Part shown: piece by piece, positions 34,450 through 39,440 of the stretch
How positions within the stretch are numbered: the first letter of the stretch is position 1
Layout of the letters: each line of letters begins with the position of its first letter
Source of the DNA: Parvularia atlantis
Lineage: Eukaryota
NCBI GenBank assembly: GCA_943704415.1
Contig: CALSCO010001525.1
Location: 1-39,440 of the forward strand
DNA: 39,440 nt
Direction of reading: 5' to 3'
Position numbers and translations under genes: made by a program
Notes under the pieces: model-generated
Seen by the model: only the letters and a program-made list of their open reading frames with translations
Told to the model about the DNA's origin: nothing
The model's database searches: none

Positions 34450-34835
34450 TCAGTGGTACTTGGCCATGGCCTCCTTCTCTGCGCACGCACGCGTCGGGTC
34501 AGCGGCCGCCCGGCCTTCCGCGCGCGCGCGCCGACGACGACGCACTGATGTGTGAGTACTCGAGCACGTAGCCAAGCACGCCCACGGCGACCATAATGTG
34601 GAACAGCGGCCGCGCCCCGCTGTTCTTCCCAAAGTTGCGCTGGACGTACGCCGTCGACCACGTGCTCAGGCCCGCGGCCACATTATTCCTGCGCGGGCCG
34701 CGGCGCCGTGCACGCGCGTCAGCACTGTGCGAGCGGGCGTGCGTGTGCATGCGCGGGCGGCGGGACGCACGGCGCGAGCAGCGCGCGGACGTAGCCGCCG
34801 AGGTTGCGCAGCTTCAGGTCCAGCACCGACGACAT
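34450..34835 (-). CDS. Mitochondrial ATP synthase subunit f (ATP5MF/ATP17-like), 3 exons
   Basis: Spliced MSSVLDLKLRNLGGYVRALLAP|NNVAAGLSTWSTAYVQRNFGKNSGARPLFHIMVAVGVLGYVLEYSHI|KKEAMAKYH*, with typical GY..EY.H and KYH end. Confidence 0.8.
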
Positions 34836-34889
34836 GCTGAATGTTGCAATTCGATTGGCAAACAGGCGGTATTTACACATATTCGAGGC

Positions 34890-36403
34890 CTACTGGCTGC
34901 GGCCGATGTCGAGGTCAAACTCGGCCGCCAGCTGGCGCTTGTACGAGAAGAACTTGATCATGGGTAGGAGCGCCTGCACCTGCTCACGCTGCAGCAGCTC
35001 CGGGCAGAGCGAGCGCACGGCCTCGACCCGGCCGATCTCAAACTGGAACGCGTCAAACGCGAGCACGAGCTGCTCGGGCGTGAGCGCTGGGCCGCGGCGC
35101 GCGAGCAGGTACGCGCGGATGAGCTCGGCGCGCTCGGCGTCCATCAAGTGGAAGTCCTGCAGCCGCTGCACGAGCTCGTCCGGCGTCGCGGCCTCGTCCA
35201 GCGTCACGCCCGCACGCCGGCGCCGCGCCGTGTCGGCCACGCTGCTCTCCTCCTCAGTGATCTTGCGCCGCATGCGGATCCACCGACGCCGCCGCACAAA
35301 CATGCGCCCGTTGCACTTGCCCGACCACTTGGACGAGAGCCAGCTGAAGGCGTACTGCCAGCCCTCCTCGTCCACGTCGCCGCTCTTGTCCACGCGCCAG
35401 TCCCACAGCCACTTCCACGAGCTGTTGGGCAGGTCGATGTACTCCTTGGCCAGGCGGTGTTGGCCGTGGATGTTGGACCACTGGCCGCGCTCCGTGCCCG
35501 GGAACAGCGCTGTGTTGCGCGCGCGCAACCCCGCGTCAGGCGCTAGCGGTCGCGCACCTGCGAAAAGCGCCGCACCGCACCGCGCGACGAAAAGCCCTTG
35601 GGGCCCGAGAGGCCGCTGCCACGCTGATTCTCCCACACCTCTTCGAGCACGAGGTCCGACGGCAGGACCATGCCGACGTCGGCGCCGGGCACGTCGTCGA
35701 TGGTGACGGCGCTCGCGCCCGGCGCCGCCACCACGCCCGCAGCCGCAGCCGCAGCCGCAGCCGCCGACGCTGACGCTGACGCTGACGCTGACGTCGACGC
35801 TGACGCCGCGCCCTTCGCCACACCCTGCCTGAGCACGTACTCGACGTCGCCATCGCCCGTGGTCGTGGGCATAAAGCGGTACTGGATCACGAGCGGGCCG
35901 CCCTGGAGCGACAGGTGGCCCTCGTACAGCTTGTGCGCCTTGCCCCAGGGCTGCTCGGGCGCGAGCAGCTCGTACGGCTGCGCGCTGAGCGAGACGCGCA
36001 GGCTGCTGCCGAGCAGTTTGCCGTGGACCTTCTGCCGCAGCACGACCGAGACGTCGGTCGTCTGGCCCGCGGCGTCGAGGATGACCAGGTCCGTCAGCAC
36101 CTCGTGCTTCTCGTGCGCGGGCACCTTGCTGCGGTGCACGACGGCCACGGCCGCGCGCTCGTTCGGGTTGAGCTGCGCGACGCGCGCGTCAGCACCGTCG
36201 CTTGCCAGTGCCCGCGGCGCACGTATGACGTCGGCGTGTCGACCATGCGCGCCGGCAGCTCGGGCCAGGCCGGGTCGAGCGCGCGCGTGCGCACGCGCAC
36301 GGTGAACGTGTACTGCGTGCCACGGGCGGTCAGCGCGCTCGCGCCGCGCGCAGCCAGACAGACGCACCGCGCTCTTGTTATCCACAATCACGCTCGTTAC
36401 CAT
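34890..36403 (-). CDS. Dysferlin (DysF) domain protein, Mug65/Spo73/Pex30-like, with an unknown N-terminal domain, 4 exons
   Basis: EEVWENQRG..FSSR|ALFPGTERGQWS..LPNSSWKWLWDWRVDKSGDVDEEGWQYAF..W..FVRRRRWIRMR; helical C-terminus. Confidence 0.85.
35737..35805. repeat. Coding hexamer repeats (GCAGCC)n and (GCTGAC)n giving an Ala/Ser linker
   Basis: gcagccgcagccgcagccgcagcc followed by gacgctgacgctgacgctgacgctgac. Confidence 0.8.
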
Positions 36404-36556
36404 CGCTGAATTGTGCTTTGAGACTTAGCCCATTCATCAACGCACCCGGCCAGTACGGGCTGCACGTGTGCTCCGCCATTTACACACCATCCGTATCTGA
36501 CCCACTGAGCGAGAAGCGGCCGCCGACTGCTCCTCGCGCGCGCGGCCCTCTCGTCC

Positions 36557-38113
36557 ATGGACAGCATCAGGAAGAAGCTCAGCTCGGCCATGGGCACGCT
36601 CGGGCGCAAGACTGAGAACCCCGTGGAAGCGTGCGTGCGGCGCCGGCTGGGGGACGGGGGACGCTGGGCACGCGCGGGCCGGGCTGTTGTGTCGCCTGAG
36701 AAACAACGTCGCGCACACACGCGGCGGGCCCGCTCACACGCCGCGCCCGCACGCAGGGCCGCGCACCACAAGGACGTGGTCGACATCAAGTTCGCAGACC
36801 TGACGATCAAGAAGACGCTCGGGACGGGGTCGTTTGGGCGGGTGCTGCTTGTGCAGCACAAGGTGCGCGCGACTGCGGCGCGTGCGCATGCGCCAACACG
36901 CCCGCGCGCCGGCCCGAACCCTCCCCGCGACCTCCCGCACCCGCCCGCTGCCCCGCCCACCGCAGGCGAGCAAGAAGCACTACGCGATGAAGATCCTCAA
37001 GAAGGCGCAGGTCGTCAAGCTGAAGCAGGCAAGCGCGAGTCGCACGCGCTCGGGCCGGCCTCGCGGGTTTGACGTGCGCGCACGCGCGCACGCGCAGGTC
37101 GAGCACACGATCAACGAGCGCAACATTCTCAAGATCATCGACAACCCGTTCACCGTCAACCTCATCTCGTCGTTCCAGGACGACGCCAACCTGTTCATGG
37201 TGATGGAATACGTCCCCGGCGGCGAGCTCTTCTCGTACCTGCGGCGGCAGCAAAAGTTCGACCCCGAGACGGCCAAGTTCTACGCGGCCGAGATCGTCAT
37301 CGCGTTCGAGCTCATGCACGCCAAGGACATCCTCTACCGCGACCTCAAGCCCGAGAACGTCCTGCTCGACGCCGAGGGCCACGTCCGGTTAACAGACTTT
37401 GGCTTTGGCAAGGTGCGGCGTGGCGCGGTGGTGGCGCGATGGCGTGGCGTGGCTGCGCTGGCGCGGCGGCGCGGCATGGGGCTGACGACTGACACGAACG
37501 CGCGCGCATGGCAGGAGGTGCCGGATGTGACGTGGACCCTGTGCGGCACACCAGACTACCTCGCACCCGAGATCATCCAGAGCAAGGGCTACGGCAAGGC
37601 CGTCGACTGGTACTCGCTCGGCGTGCTCATCTACGAGATGCTGGCCGGCTACCCGCCCTACGCCGACGACGACCACTTCCGGCTGTACGAGAAGATCCTC
37701 GCGGGCAAGCTCAGGTTCCCGTCCAAGTTCGACCCGGACGTGCGTGCACCCGCCTGCCTGTGCACAGCGCGTGCGCCCTGACGCCACGCGCCGCAGGCCA
37801 AGGACCTGTGCAAGAAGCTCATGACGGCAGACCTGACGCGAAGGTTTGGCAACCTCAAGAACGGGTCCAAGGACATCCGCAACCACAAGTGGTTCGCCAA
37901 CATTGACTGGAAGAAGGCTGTTAAGAAGCAGCTGACACCACCGATCAAACCGGCGGTGCGTGCGCAAGGCCGCGGCGAGCGCGGATGGTGACACATGTGC
38001 AGATCAAAGAGGACGGCGACGCGTCCAACTTTGACGACTACGAGGAGGACAGGGAACCGCTCGGGCTGACGGGCGGGGCCGACCCGTATCGGAGCATGTT
38101 TGCGAGCTTCTGA
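36557..38113 (+). CDS. cAMP-dependent protein kinase catalytic subunit (PKA-C), 7 exons including one GC-AG intron
   Basis: [109 protein letters not shown]-terminal FASF*. Confidence 0.96.
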
Positions 38114-38322
38114 CGTTTGTGCGCGCGTGCGTTCCGCTTTCTTTGCTGTCCTCCCCTCCCTCCCTCCCTCCCTCTTGTTCGTTTTCCCCTGTCCCGCTCC
38201 CTGCCTGCGTCCCCCCTCCCCCTTCACTCCGCCCGCCTCTGCCCTACGCCGAGACGCACTACAGCACACCTTTCGTTGTTGTTCTTTCACTCGCCCCTGT
38301 ACAGAACCTGCGTTCACGCCCC

Positions 38323-39420
38323 TCACGCCGCACCTTCATCCACCGTGACCTCGATGCCGTGCGCGCGCATCCGCTCAAACAGCCCTGACAGCTCCACGCC
38401 CGACGCCTCCGGGTACACAAAGCCGCTCGGGCACGCCGCGCCGCCGTCGCGTCCCAGCAGACGCATCACGAGCAGGAATAGGCCGGTGGTCGTGAGCGCC
38501 AGCTGGCCTTGCGCGTGCGTGAGCGTGACCGTGACCACCTCGGCGCCCACCCGCGCCGTGACGATCGCGACGGTCTTGAGCGGCGCCGTCGGCACGGTCG
38601 TGTTGGTCAGCAGGCTCTGCTTGACGCTCGTGGGCAGGATGCTGAAGAGCCGCAGGCGGTATGCCCACCAGAGCACGGTGTTGAGCGTGCTGTTGAACGA
38701 GCCCACGCGCAGGACACAGCGGCGGCAGGCGAGCGTGCGCGGGAGCGAGTCGGCCGCGAGGTCGTTGATGCGGTACAGCTTGACGCGCTCGCCGCCGGGC
38801 AGGGCGATCCACTTTGGGTCCGAGTAGCCCTGCACCGTCTCTGTGTTCCCGTCGCCACCCACCGCCTTGAACGTGTCGCCGAGGTCCTCGAGCGCCGAAA
38901 TCGAGTCGGGCCCGGACGCCTCGTTGTCGTCGGCCGCCAGCACAATCTCGATCGTCTCCACCGGCGCCGACAGCTGACGGCACGCCGCCGCCGCGCTTAG
39001 CACCCCGAGGCCCGCGAAGAGCGACGCGCCGAGCATGAGCGTGGCCTGGCCGGGGTTACGCCGGCGTAGCTCGTCCAGCTCGCTCACGCCCTTGCAGATG
39101 TCGATGTAGCGCAGGCCACGCTCGAGCACCTCGGCCACGAGATGCCCGGCCGGCTCGGACACAATCGCAACGACCGCGGCCACGTCGCCGTCCGCAAGGC
39201 CGGCCGTGCGCAGCGGCGCCGGGCTGGCCACGTCGACCCGCACGAGGCGGACGCGGTCGCGCGCGGTCGTACCGAGCGCCGCATCGACGGCGGCCTGGGC
39301 CCGCGCCGGGTTGCGGCCGCACAGCACGAGCGGCACACCCGCCAGCTCGGGCGCGGCCAGCAGCATCTGCGCCACGCGCAGGCCGACGAGGCCCCAGCCG
39401 CCGACGAGCACGACCGCCAT
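38323..39420 (-). CDS. Intronless saccharopine-dehydrogenase-like NAD(P)-dependent oxidoreductase, bacterial-type
   Basis: Rossmann motif VVLVGGWGLVG..LVLCGRN; RGLRYIDI; C-terminal GQLALT..CPSGFVYPE; 365-aa uninterrupted ORF. Confidence 0.75.
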   Translation of the reverse strand: MAVVLVGGWGLVGLRVAQMLLAAPELAGVPLVLCGRNPARAQAAVDAALGTTARDRVRLVRVDVASPAPLRTAGLADGDVAAVVAIVSEPAGHLVAEVLERGLRYIDICKGVSELDELRRRNPGQATLMLGASLFAGLGVLSAAAACRQLSAPVETIEIVLAADDNEASGPDSISALEDLGDTFKAVGGDGNTETVQGYSDPKWIALPGGERVKLYRINDLAADSLPRTLACRRCVLRVGSFNSTLNTVLWWAYRLRLFSILPTSVKQSLLTNTTVPTAPLKTVAIVTARVGAEVVTVTLTHAQGQLALTTTGLFLLVMRLLGRDGGAACPSGFVYPEASGVELSGLFERMRAHGIEVTVDEGAA

Positions 39421-39440
39421 CGGCTTTGTTGCTGTTGTTG

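Noticed and set aside
35766..35805. Array of branch-point motifs (GCTGAC)n
   Set aside because: It lies antisense within a coding exon and encodes Ala-Ser repeats.
21835..38113. cAMP-signalling gene cluster (GPCR, Rho, PKA)
   Set aside because: Interspersed with unrelated housekeeping genes; nothing beyond chance proximity.

Overview
This is very GC-rich, extremely compact eukaryotic nuclear DNA, not prokaryotic. It holds about 23 protein-coding genes, most split by short (mostly about 50-75 nt) spliceosomal introns with GTGCGY donors, GCTGAC/GCTCAC branch points, GCAG acceptors and no polypyrimidine tract, plus two tRNA genes (intron-containing Lys-UUU and Ala-UGC). Most ORFs in the supplied six-frame track are GC shadow ORFs or exon-intron read-throughs, so gene models were re-spliced by eye. 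Family calls rest on recalled motifs, not database searches. Fungal-type markers (Spa2 without ArfGAP, PKA with TPDY, Mug65-like DysF protein, ZZ/EF-hand protein, yeast-like tRNA-Lys) occur alongside genes best known from animals (macoilin, ZC4H2). My inference is a unicellular opisthokont, probably an early-branching holomycotan. Highlights: (1) a Rho/Rac GTPase with natural G12V and Q61R substitutions and a complete F-box inserted in its Rho-insert region, a candidate SCF-linked counterpart of RhoBTB; (2) a 5'-truncated ethanolamine-phosphate cytidylyltransferase joined in the +1 frame to CCDC97 at a TTT-TGA site; (3) a macoilin homolog with an FN3-like module; (4) a ZC4H2 homolog lacking its zinc finger; (5) a secreted SGNH pseudo-enzyme; (6) a paxillin-type LD motif inside Spa2; (7) intergenic spacers as short as 31-54 nt.
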